Of a stretch of DNA of 64,000 nt, positions 26,140-34,154 are shown one piece after another. The position numbers were made by a program, and so were the translations under genes. This stretch comes from an uncultured Dehalococcoidia bacterium (GTDB lineage: Bacteria; Chloroflexota; Dehalococcoidia; DSTF01; JACRBR01). Under the pieces are notes generated by a model that saw nothing but the letters and a program-made list of their open reading frames with translations, ran no database searches and had not been told where the DNA came from. The stretch's first letter is position 1. Each line of letters starts with the position of its first letter. The DNA is taken from positions 583 through 64,582 of the forward strand of contig CAYQZE010000018.1 in the NCBI GenBank assembly GCA_964421985.1. The letters run 5' to 3'.

Positions 26140-27264
26140 ATGGACCTGGGTCTGTCCGAAGAACAAGAACTGCTGAAGAACGCAGCGCGCGACTTCCTGG
26201 AGAAGGAGTGCCCGGAAACGCTCGTCCGCGAGATGGAGGACGACGAGAAGGGGTACTCCCCTGATCTCTGGAAGAAGATGGCTGAGCAGGGCTGGCAGGG
26301 GCTGCTGATCCCCGACGCCCACGGCGGCGCGGGATTCGGCTACCTCGACCTGATCATCCTGATCGAGGAGTTCGGGCGAGCCCTGGTGCCGGGTCCGTTC
26401 ATCTCGACGCAGGTCGGCGGCGTCTTGCCGCTACTCGAGGGCGGGACCGACGATCAGAAGAAGCAGTACCTGCCGAAGATCGCCAGCGGCAACGCCATCT
26501 GGACCCTCGCCTACACCGAGCCCTCCGCCCGCTTCGACACCGAGGGCGTGGCGCTCGAAGTGAAGGAGGACGGCAACGACCTCGTGCTCAATGGCACGAA
26601 GCTCTTCATCCGCGACGCGAACGTCGCCGACTTCTTCACGGTCGTCGGCCGCAAGCCGGGCACGAAGGGCGACGACGGCATCACGCTCGTCATCGTCGAT
26701 GCGAAGACCGCCGGCATCAGCCAGACGCAACTCAAGACCATCGCCGCCGACAAGCAGGCCGAAGTGAAGTTCGAGAACGTCCGCGTGCCGAAAGCGAGCA
26801 TCATCCCGGGCGGCGCCGCCACCCTCAAGAAGGTGCAGCGCAAGGCGACCGTGCTGGAGTGCGCGTACCTCGTCGGACTGGCGCAGATGGACTTCGAGGT
26901 CAGCGTGCAGTACGCGAAGGACCGGATCCAGTTCGGCCGGCCGATCGGCTCGTTCCAGGCGATTCAGCACAAGGCCGCCGACATGGTGACCGACGTCGAC
27001 GGCTCCCGCTTCATCATGTACCGCGCCGCCTGGTCCGTCGACCAGGACGAATCCGACGCCGACATGAACGTGCACATGGCGAAAGCGTGGTGCAGCGAGG
27101 CGACGCGCCGCGTCGTGGCGCATGGCCAGCAGATCCACGGTGGCATCGGCTTTACGAAGGACTACAAGATCCAGCTCTACTTCCGCCGCCAGAAAGCGTC
27201 CGAACTGGCCTGGGGCGACGGCGACTACCACCGCGAGCTGGTGGCGTCGGAGCTGGCGATCTAG
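26140..27264 (+). CDS. acyl-CoA dehydrogenase (distinct sixth ACAD, short-chain-like)
   Basis: 374 aa with classical ACAD architecture (TEPSARFDTEG...QIHGGIGFTKDYKIQLYFRR). ATG 26140 with AAAGGAAAGGGG ribosome-binding site. Confidence 0.85.
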   Translation: MDLGLSEEQELLKNAARDFLEKECPETLVREMEDDEKGYSPDLWKKMAEQGWQGLLIPDAHGGAGFGYLDLIILIEEFGRALVPGPFISTQVGGVLPLLEGGTDDQKKQYLPKIASGNAIWTLAYTEPSARFDTEGVALEVKEDGNDLVLNGTKLFIRDANVADFFTVVGRKPGTKGDDGITLVIVDAKTAGISQTQLKTIAADKQAEVKFENVRVPKASIIPGGAATLKKVQRKATVLECAYLVGLAQMDFEVSVQYAKDRIQFGRPIGSFQAIQHKAADMVTDVDGSRFIMYRAAWSVDQDESDADMNVHMAKAWCSEATRRVVAHGQQIHGGIGFTKDYKIQLYFRRQKASELAWGDGDYHRELVASELAI

Positions 27265-27304
27265 CGCCGCCCGTCGACGACGAAGGCTCGAACCAGCATG
27301 TAAG

Positions 27305-27335
27305 GAAGGGCCGCCCACATCGGGCGGCCCTTCCT
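27305..27335. terminator. 13-bp perfect-stem hairpin (ggaagggccgccc / gggcggcccttcc, loop acatc) between convergent ACAD6 and panE-like genes; bidirectional terminator candidate
   Basis: Read directly from the sequence. Confidence 0.5.
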
Positions 27336-27342
27336 TGCTCAA

Positions 27343-28314
27343 CTAACCGCCCATCTCGGCTTCTACATCGTGCACGCTCACGGATCCCGGTGCGGCGCCG
27401 TCGCGCGCCATGCGCGATGCGATCGCCTGCAGCGCGGCGTTCGCGCGCGTGGCGACGCCGTGCAGCCTGCCCAGCAGGGCGATCTCGCCGTTGAGGTAGT
27501 CGGTCTCGATGCTGCCGGTCTTGCGGGCGAGGCTCTGCCACGACGACCCGCCGGCGCGGGCATGCCCCGCGATCTCGCGCATCGGCGACATCGGCCTGCG
27601 CCGCTCGTTCATCTCGTCGTCCGACGCCCAATCGATGCCGGCGGCGCGATAGCAGGCGATCGCTTCGTCGCGCAGGCGGGCGTGGAGTGCGCGCGTGTTG
27701 CCGCCGAGGCCGCATGAAGCCTGGACGGCGTTGCCGAGGTTCGAGAGCAGCTTGGCGTACTTCCAGCGCATGATATCGGCCGTCGGATGCGCGCTGATGC
27801 CCGACGCGTCGAGGTCCGCGGTGACGCGTGCGATCAGCGCGTCGCTGCCCGACGGATAGCAACCCGCATCGAGCACGCCGCTGACGGGTGCGCAGTGTGC
27901 TTGCACACGCCCGGGATCGAGATGCGTCGCGGGCAGCAGGACGAGCATCCCGTAGACGTTGGCGAACCGCCGCGCCGCCAAACGCTCGTTCTCGACGCCG
28001 TTCTGGGCGCAGACGACGGGCACGTGCGGTCCGGCCGTGGTGTGGAGGTCGGCGAGCGCGGCGGCCGTGTGCTGCGTCTTCATCGTCATCAGCACGACGT
28101 CATCCCCGGTGAACCGCAGCTCGGACGGATGGGCGACGGCGCTGATGCGCAGCGTCGTGCTCGTATCCGGCGTCTCGAGTGTCAGGCCGTGGCCGCGAAT
28201 GGCATCGAGGTGCCGCCCGCGCGCGATCAGCACGACGTCGTGCCCTTGCTGGAAGAGCCGCCCGCCGATGACGCCTCCGACGGCGCCGGCACCGTAGATG
28301 ATGTAGCGCGTCAT
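27343..28314 (-). CDS. 2-dehydropantoate 2-reductase (ApbA/PanE) family protein
   Basis: MTRYIIYGAGAVGGVIGGRLFQQGHDVVLIARG Rossmann N-terminus. The start is set at the MTRY methionine inside the longer ORF. Confidence 0.8.
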   Translation of the reverse strand: MTRYIIYGAGAVGGVIGGRLFQQGHDVVLIARGRHLDAIRGHGLTLETPDTSTTLRISAVAHPSELRFTGDDVVLMTMKTQHTAAALADLHTTAGPHVPVVCAQNGVENERLAARRFANVYGMLVLLPATHLDPGRVQAHCAPVSGVLDAGCYPSGSDALIARVTADLDASGISAHPTADIMRWKYAKLLSNLGNAVQASCGLGGNTRALHARLRDEAIACYRAAGIDWASDDEMNERRRPMSPMREIAGHARAGGSSWQSLARKTGSIETDYLNGEIALLGRLHGVATRANAALQAIASRMARDGAAPGSVSVHDVEAEMGG

Positions 28315-28722
28315 GCTTGATTTTGAACCACAGAGGCACAGAGGCACAGAGGCTTTGGATGATGGTGGATGGTGGAGATCAACGGGGCGGGCAAGAGCGA
28401 TTGGAACGGCCGCCCGAGCGCGAACGGCCTCTCTTCTCGTCTGCGCACCCGGATTGCCGGAGAGGTCTATGTATTCGAACGCACGGCGTACAGCCGATGA
28501 CGCCTCCGACGGCGCCGGCACCGTAGATGATGTAGCGCGTCATGCTTGATTTTGAACCACAGAGGCACAGAGGCACAGAGGTTTTGGTGGGTGGTGGATG
28601 GTGGAGACCAACGGGGCGGGCAAGAGCGATTGGGAACGGCCGCCCGAGCGGGAACGGCCTCTTTTCTCATCTGCGCGCCCGGATTGCCGGAGAGGTCTAT
28701 GTATTCGAACGTACGGCGTACA
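28264..28722. repeat. tandem duplication of a 229-bp unit (copies 28264-28492 and 28493-28722, about 95% identical)
   Basis: The unit spans the first ~17 codons of the panE-like gene, the intergenic CACAGAGG x3 element and the last ~13 codons of the hydrolase-cyclase gene. The junction sits at a shared gccg microhomology. It generates the pseudo-ORFs MTRYIIYGAGAVGGVIG... and ...QRLYAVRSNT. Confidence 0.85.
28323..28378. repeat. TTGAACC + CACAGAGG x3 element, copy 2 (8 nt upstream of the panE-like start on the minus strand)
   Basis: ttttgaaccACAGAGGCACAGAGGCACAGAGGctttggatgatggtgg. Copy 3 at 28552-28608 lies inside the duplicated unit. Confidence 0.75.
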
Positions 28723-30043
28723 GCCGCTGCGGCTCCTCGATGCCTTTGAGCGCATGCTCGCCACGATCGTCGAACGCGACGCCGGCCGACGTACGCCCGA
28801 GCGAGCGCACGACATCGGATACCAAGGTCTCGCCCGGCGCGGATGCGCTCGCAACGCGCGCGGCGATGTTCACGGCGCCGCCGTGGACGTCCTGCCCGTC
28901 GCGGATCACGTCGCCGGCGTGGATGCCGACGTGCAGTTGCAGATCGAGTCCGGCTGCCGCTTCGTGGCACCGCAGGGCACCCGCGATGGCGTCCTTCGCC
29001 GCATCGAACACCGCCATCACGCCATCGCCCAGCACGCGGCCTTCGACGACGCGCCCGCCGGCCGCCGCCAGCGCTTCGCGCACGCCGCGATGCAGCGCAT
29101 CGGATCGCCCGTGAAACGCCGCATCACCGATGCGCTCCGTGATCGCCGTCGAATCGACGATATCGGCGAAGAGGATGATGGCGGTGCCAACCGTGGCCGT
29201 GGGCGTCGCTTCAGTCATTTCGTGGTCCGCCGACGGCTCGCGGCCAAGCACGAACCGGGTGACGGCCCCGGCATCCTCGCGCCAGCCGAGCGCGGTATTC
29301 ATCGTCATCAGTCGTGCCCCGGCGACTCCGGCGACGACGACGCGTGCGAACTCGTTTCCGAGGCCGGAATACTGCTGGATCAGCGTAGGCGCTTGCACCC
29401 GCGCCAGCATCGGCGTGACGTCCTGCTCGCGTAGCGCCGCCAGGTAGCGCCGCAGCGTCGCTGGAGTAGTGGCTGAGCGCATGAGGCGGGCGAGCGCCGG
29501 CGCATCATCGCCACTCGCGTTCGCGGCTGTGAGCGCCGTTGCGTGCGTCAGCGTGTACAGCTCCCACTTCTCATCACCCATGGCCCGGAACGACTCCAGT
29601 CCTTGCATGGTTGGTAGGCGCCGATACCATTCGGCGCCGTTCACAAACGGGGTCGTGAGGATGAGGTGCGTCAGCCGCGTGGGATATTGAGCCGCGTAGG
29701 CGATACACGCGGGCGTGGCGAACACCATGCCCCACAACGCGAACCGTTCGAGCTGGAGGTGCTCACGCAGTGCCTCGAGGTCGGCGACCTGGCTTTCGAT
29801 CGAGAAATCTTCGACGTCACGGTCGGACATGCCCATGCCGCGCATGTTGTAGCGGACGAGATGGAAGCTGTCGCCGACGAGTTGGAGCGACGGCTCTCGC
29901 CACTCCATCTCCCATTGCAGGTCGAGGTGCGCCCAGATGTTGGACGAGAAGACGAGCGGCACACCTTCGCCCATATCGGTATAGGCGATGTGCGTGCCGT
30001 CAGCGCTGCGCACATACTGGACCTGCGGTTGCATGATCGGCAT
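28697..30043 (-). CDS. alpha/beta-hydrolase domain fused to a class III adenylate/guanylate cyclase domain
   Basis: 448 aa. N-terminal alpha/beta-hydrolase fold (HLVRYNMRGMGMSD...ALWGMVFATPACI). C-terminal cyclase motifs ILFADIVDSTAIT...VGIHAGDVIRDGQDVHGGAVNIAARV. Confidence 0.8.
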   Translation of the reverse strand: MPIMQPQVQYVRSADGTHIAYTDMGEGVPLVFSSNIWAHLDLQWEMEWREPSLQLVGDSFHLVRYNMRGMGMSDRDVEDFSIESQVADLEALREHLQLERFALWGMVFATPACIAYAAQYPTRLTHLILTTPFVNGAEWYRRLPTMQGLESFRAMGDEKWELYTLTHATALTAANASGDDAPALARLMRSATTPATLRRYLAALREQDVTPMLARVQAPTLIQQYSGLGNEFARVVVAGVAGARLMTMNTALGWREDAGAVTRFVLGREPSADHEMTEATPTATVGTAIILFADIVDSTAITERIGDAAFHGRSDALHRGVREALAAAGGRVVEGRVLGDGVMAVFDAAKDAIAGALRCHEAAAGLDLQLHVGIHAGDVIRDGQDVHGGAVNIAARVASASAPGETLVSDVVRSLGRTSAGVAFDDRGEHALKGIEEPQRLYAVRSNT

Positions 30044-30108
30044 CGTACCGCGACCGGCCGCGATGCGCCCGAACGGCGCACTTTCGCGCTAATCCGGCTG
30101 CCTGCCGG

Positions 30109-31035
30109 TCAGCCGCTCATCACCGTCGCCAGCCAGAAGTCGGCGAAGGCGGGCGCGTCGACCGAGGTGACGATCTCCGCTTCGTGTCCGGCGGCCGGGT
30201 CGATGAACGTGCGGACATGGCCGTGATGCATCGCCACGGTTACAGGCATCCGACTCGTCGTGACGAAGCGCCGGCCATCATCGACCATGCAGGCGATGGC
30301 GAGCGGATCGTGGAGCAGCGCGACGAACTCGGGCGGGATGATGCCACGGCCGCCGCGCTGGAAGTGCGGGATCCAGATGTCGATCTGGCGCGCCAGCGCG
30401 CGGCAGAGCGCATCGCCTTTGCGCAACTGGTCGAGGTGCGAGGCGGTGAGCCACGTCCCCATGGTCACATCGCACGGCACGTAGAGCGTCGAACCGCCGG
30501 TGTTGAGGGCGCGCAACGACGCCGGCTGGTCGACGTTGAGGTTGTGGTCGACGGTCGGCGGCAGTGTCACGCCCAGGAACTGCACCGGCGCGAACACCCC
30601 TCCCATCACCGTCAGCCGCGGCACCGTCGTCAGGAACCCCGCGTCGCCTTCGAGCGCCGCGGCGATGTTCGACTGCATGCCGACCGTGGCAATCTCGTAC
30701 CCCCGCGCTTCGCACTCGGCCAGCAACAGGCTGACGGCGCCGCGCTCGGAAGGCGCCAGATCGCCCGCCTCGCCGAGCATGGCGTCCTCGTGACCAGCTT
30801 CCGCGCTGCGCAGCGGCTGGCTCTGGATGCCCCGCTCGCCCGCCGCGACCTCGATGTCGTCGCGCCCCGCGAGCAGAAGCAGCTTCCTGGCGATCCGCGC
30901 GCGCCGCACGGTGTCGCCCGAGACGGTGGTTACCGCGCGGAGGTCCAGCGCCGGGTGACGCAGCGCGAACGCGAGGGCCAGCGCGCCGTCCACGTCGGTG
31001 CCGATGTCGGTATCCAGGATGAACGAGAGGGGCAT
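30109..31035 (-). CDS. inosine-uridine-preferring nucleoside hydrolase family protein
   Basis: MPLSFILDTDIGTDVDGALALAFAL matches the IU-NH Asp-rich N-terminal motif. Confidence 0.8.
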   Translation of the reverse strand: MPLSFILDTDIGTDVDGALALAFALRHPALDLRAVTTVSGDTVRRARIARKLLLLAGRDDIEVAAGERGIQSQPLRSAEAGHEDAMLGEAGDLAPSERGAVSLLLAECEARGYEIATVGMQSNIAAALEGDAGFLTTVPRLTVMGGVFAPVQFLGVTLPPTVDHNLNVDQPASLRALNTGGSTLYVPCDVTMGTWLTASHLDQLRKGDALCRALARQIDIWIPHFQRGGRGIIPPEFVALLHDPLAIACMVDDGRRFVTTSRMPVTVAMHHGHVRTFIDPAAGHEAEIVTSVDAPAFADFWLATVMSG

Positions 31036-31114
31036 CGTGAACCTGTCGTACAGGATGCGGAGGCACGGGATCAGCCGCATCAGCCTAAACGCCCGTGACC
31101 GGCCGTCCCAGCGG

Positions 31115-31143
31115 TTGACAAACAAACGTTTGTTTGCTTAGAT
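31115..31143 (+). promoter_or_regulatory. promoter TTGACA, 17-nt spacer, TTAGAT with an 18-bp perfect palindrome CAAACAAACGTTTGTTTG in the spacer; candidate autoregulatory TetR operator
   Basis: Palindrome 31119-31136. GTG start of the TetR gene at 31151 implies a leaderless or near-leaderless mRNA. Confidence 0.65.
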
Positions 31144-31150
31144 CGTTGCC

Positions 31151-31825
31151 GTGAGTACTCTCGTCGCCAACGCCCCGCCCAGCGAGCTCCCCTCCACGCG
31201 CACCGCGATCCTGGACGCCGCCGAGCGGCGCTTCGCCGAGCGGGGCTTTGACGGCGTGTCGGTGCGGGAGATCGCCGCCGACGCGGGACTGAAGAACCAG
31301 GCGAGCCTGTACTACCACTTCGCGAACAAGCAGGAGATCTACGAAGCCGCGCTCGAGCGCAGCGTGGCGTCGATCATTGCGCGGTTGGCGGGCGCTGCGG
31401 ATGTGGCACGCCGCCCGCACGATCCGGCAACGATCGCGCATGATCTCGACCGCGTGCTCGATTACCTCATCGAGCATCCGCACGTCGCGAGGATCATCCA
31501 GCGCGCCGGCCTCGACGAGAGCGCGCTCGTCCGCGGCGTCGCGCAGCGTGCCGTCGAGCCGCTGTACACGCTCGGGGTACGACTCTTGCAGGATGCCGGC
31601 GGCCCCTGGCACGCGGACGAACTGCCGCATGTCGCGGCCGGGTTGTATCACCTGATCTTCGGGTACTTTGCCGACGCGGCGTTGCTGGAGGGCGTGCTGC
31701 ACGAAGATCTTCGCGGCGCGCCGGCATTGGCACGGCAGCGCAAGTTTCTCAGACGCGCCGTGGCGCGATTGATCGGCGCCGCGCCGCGGGACGAGACAAT
31801 GACGCACCAAGGAGACACACGATGA
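31151..31825 (+). CDS. TetR-family transcriptional regulator
   Basis: TRTAILDAAERRFAERGFDGVSVREIAADAGLKNQASLYYHF HTH. Stop overlaps the P450 start (ATGA). Confidence 0.8.
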   Translation: MSTLVANAPPSELPSTRTAILDAAERRFAERGFDGVSVREIAADAGLKNQASLYYHFANKQEIYEAALERSVASIIARLAGAADVARRPHDPATIAHDLDRVLDYLIEHPHVARIIQRAGLDESALVRGVAQRAVEPLYTLGVRLLQDAGGPWHADELPHVAAGLYHLIFGYFADAALLEGVLHEDLRGAPALARQRKFLRRAVARLIGAAPRDETMTHQGDTR

Positions 31826-33033
31826 CCACGGAGACCCGCGTCGATCTGTACAGCCCCAGCACGTACCAGCAGTCGATGCCGCACGAGGCGTTTACGGCGC
31901 TGCGCGGGGAACAGCCGGTCGTCTGGCAGCCGGAGCCGGACGGCACCGGCTACTGGGCCTTTACGCGTTACGAGGATATCGTGACCATTTCGTCGGATAA
32001 CTCGCTGTTCTCATCCGGGCGCGGCGGCACGAACATCGAAGATCAACCGGAGGAGGCGATGGCGCTGCTTCGGACGATCCTGATCAATATGGACCCGCCG
32101 AAGCACACGAAGTATCGCAGGCTGGTGGCCACCGGCTTTACACCGAAGATCGTCGCGCAGACCGAGCCTCACGTGCGGGAGATCACGAAGCGCATCGTCG
32201 ATAGCGTCGCGGCGAAGGGGTCGTGCGACTTCGTGACGGAGGTCGCGGCGAAGCTCCCGCTGGCGGTGATCTGCGAGATGCTGGGCGTACCCGAGGAGGA
32301 CCACGGTAAGGTGTTCGACTGGAGCAACCGGTTGATCGGCTTCGATGACCCCGAGTACCACACGTCGCCGGAAGACGGCCGCGTGGCCGCTACGGAAATG
32401 TTCCTGTACGCGCACGGGCTCGCGGCGGAGCGCAAGGCGCGACCGAAGGCCGACATCATCAGCATTCTGATGGGTGCTGAAGTGGAAGGCGACGTGTTGA
32501 ACGAGGCGGACTTCGACGGGTTCTTCATCCTCCTGTCGGTCGCCGGCAATGAGACGACGCGCAACCTCATCTCCGGCGCCATGCTGGCGTTGATCGAGCA
32601 TCCGGAACAGCGCGCCCGGCTGATAGCCGACCCGGCGCTGATGACGACGGCGGTCGAGGAGTTTCTGCGCTGGGTTTCGCCCCTGATCTACTTCCGCCGC
32701 ACGCTTGCTCGCGATGTGGTGGTGGGTGGACAGCAGCTGCGTGAAGGCGACAAGGTCGCCATGTACTACCCCTCCGGCAACAGGGACGAAGCGATCTTCG
32801 AGGGCGGGCAGGTCTTCGATGTCGCGCGCAGCCCGAACCCGCACATGGCGTTCGGTGGCGGCGGCCCGCACTTCTGCCTCGGCGGGAGCCTGGCGCGCCT
32901 GGAGATTCGCTGCATGTTCCAGGAGCTGCTGACGCGCTTGCCCGACATCGAATTGAACGGCCCGGTGCAGCGGCTGCGGTCGAACTTCATCAACGGCATC
33001 AAGCACATGCCGGTGCGGTTCACCGCTGCCTAG
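31822..33033 (+). CDS. cytochrome P450
   Basis: 403 aa. I-helix AGNETT, EEFLRW, heme-binding loop FGGGGPHFCLG. Confidence 0.9.
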   Translation: MTTETRVDLYSPSTYQQSMPHEAFTALRGEQPVVWQPEPDGTGYWAFTRYEDIVTISSDNSLFSSGRGGTNIEDQPEEAMALLRTILINMDPPKHTKYRRLVATGFTPKIVAQTEPHVREITKRIVDSVAAKGSCDFVTEVAAKLPLAVICEMLGVPEEDHGKVFDWSNRLIGFDDPEYHTSPEDGRVAATEMFLYAHGLAAERKARPKADIISILMGAEVEGDVLNEADFDGFFILLSVAGNETTRNLISGAMLALIEHPEQRARLIADPALMTTAVEEFLRWVSPLIYFRRTLARDVVVGGQQLREGDKVAMYYPSGNRDEAIFEGGQVFDVARSPNPHMAFGGGGPHFCLGGSLARLEIRCMFQELLTRLPDIELNGPVQRLRSNFINGIKHMPVRFTAA

Positions 33034-33156
33034 CAGGGCGACGCAGATGCACCACGGATCTTAACCCGGGATAACCCGGCGTTAACGCACGGGCAGTACA
33101 GTGGAGACGCGCAAGAGCGAAACCAATCGGCAGCGAAGCATGCCGGGTGGTCGGGA

Positions 33157-33206
33157 GGCCGGACGAGGCGGGGCGTCCGGCCTCTCTCCGTGTATTCACG
33201 GAGAGA
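33157..33206. terminator. two adjacent perfect hairpins (9-bp stem ggccggacg/cgtccggcc; 10-bp stem tctctccgtg/cacggagaga) between the convergent P450 and flavin-reductase genes
   Basis: Read directly from the sequence. Confidence 0.5.
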
Positions 33207-33256
33207 CGACCGTCCATCCTCTACCACCCATCGTCCATGGTCGCTACAAGCCGCCG

Positions 33257-33937
33257 TTAGCCCCGGCGCTTGCGGTCTTCTTCTTCCGCCGCGCGCACGC
33301 GCCTCTCCGCCGACTCCTCCTCGCTGACGACCTCCGCAGCGCCGGCCTCGACATCGCGCTTGATGTCCGCGGGTTGCGGGATGCGCGCCTCCAGCACGTC
33401 GCCGAGGATGGCGTAGCGGTTGATCCCCAGGTAGTGCAGCGGACGCTCCTCCGGGTCGGCGAGCAACCACGTCTCGTCGAACGCGTCCTTCTCCGCCTGC
33501 ACGGCGGACACCTTGCCGACGAACAGCGTGTGGTCGCCGATCCGGTAGGCATCCTCGACGCCGCACTCAATCCATCCGACGCAGCCCTCCAGCAGCGGCG
33601 CATCGACGCGCCGCGCCCGAAACGTCGGGAGCTTCGTCAGCTCCAGCTTGCTCAGCTCGGCGCCGGTGACGCTGCCGAGGTACTGCACGTGGTGCAGCAG
33701 CTCGCGCGTCGGAATATTCAGCGCGAACTCCTCGCTGTACTTGATCATGTCGTGCGTGTGGCGGGCCGGATGCACCGCCACGCCGATCAGCGGCGGGTCG
33801 ATGCTGAGCGGCGTGACGAAGGCGGCCGGCATGACGTTCTGCGCGCCGTGCCACGCCGTCGTAATCAGCGCCACGGGCGAGCCGCCGAGCAGCCGCCGGG
33901 CATCGTGTTCGTCGATCGTGTGTCGCATCGCGACCAT
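33257..33937 (-). CDS. flavin reductase-like (FMN-binding split-barrel) domain protein with an acidic C-terminal tail
   Basis: LLGGSPVALITTAWHGAQNVMPAAF...IGVAVHPARHTHDMI resembles the flavin-reductase domain. Start uncertain (33937 or 33964). Confidence 0.65.
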   Translation of the reverse strand: MVAMRHTIDEHDARRLLGGSPVALITTAWHGAQNVMPAAFVTPLSIDPPLIGVAVHPARHTHDMIKYSEEFALNIPTRELLHHVQYLGSVTGAELSKLELTKLPTFRARRVDAPLLEGCVGWIECGVEDAYRIGDHTLFVGKVSAVQAEKDAFDETWLLADPEERPLHYLGINRYAILGDVLEARIPQPADIKRDVEAGAAEVVSEEESAERRVRAAEEEDRKRRG

Positions 33938-33994
33938 CGTACGCGAACGGCGGGCGGCGGTCACGGCCAGCGCCGAACGGATCGCACATCACCG

Positions 33995-34110
33995 TCCGGA
34001 GGTGCGGCTGCTGACGAATCTGGCGAATCAGACGGGGCTTATCCGGTGCTGGCGAACAAGAGGCGGCGCGTAGGCCACCAATCACCAGACACCAATCACA
34101 AGGAGACCAG
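33995..34110 (+). pseudogene. 3' relic of a four-helix-bundle (TIGR02436-like) gene with its terminal heptad array, placed just 5' of larC
   Basis: About 80% nucleotide identity to 21461-21540. Translation ...LLTNLANQTGLIRCWRTRGGA* parallels the C-terminal helix of the 4HB paralogs. Followed by heptads GGCCACC-AATCACC-AGACACC-AATCACA and AAGGAGACCAGAC. Confidence 0.45.
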
Positions 34111-34154
34111 ACCGGCGCTACGGCGCGGTACGATGGTGGACGGAGGATGCGCGT

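Noticed and set aside
28323-28608. CRISPR-like appearance of the repeated CACAGAGG units
   Set aside because: The units are only 8 nt with no spacers. The larger 229-bp repeat is a two-copy tandem duplication containing gene ends. This is not a CRISPR array.
28313-29114. Plus-strand ORFs MLDFEPQRHRGTE... (28313-28549 and 28542-29114)
   Set aside because: They arise from translating the CACAGAGG repeat and the tandem duplication on the wrong strand, and they overlap the cyclase-fusion gene.
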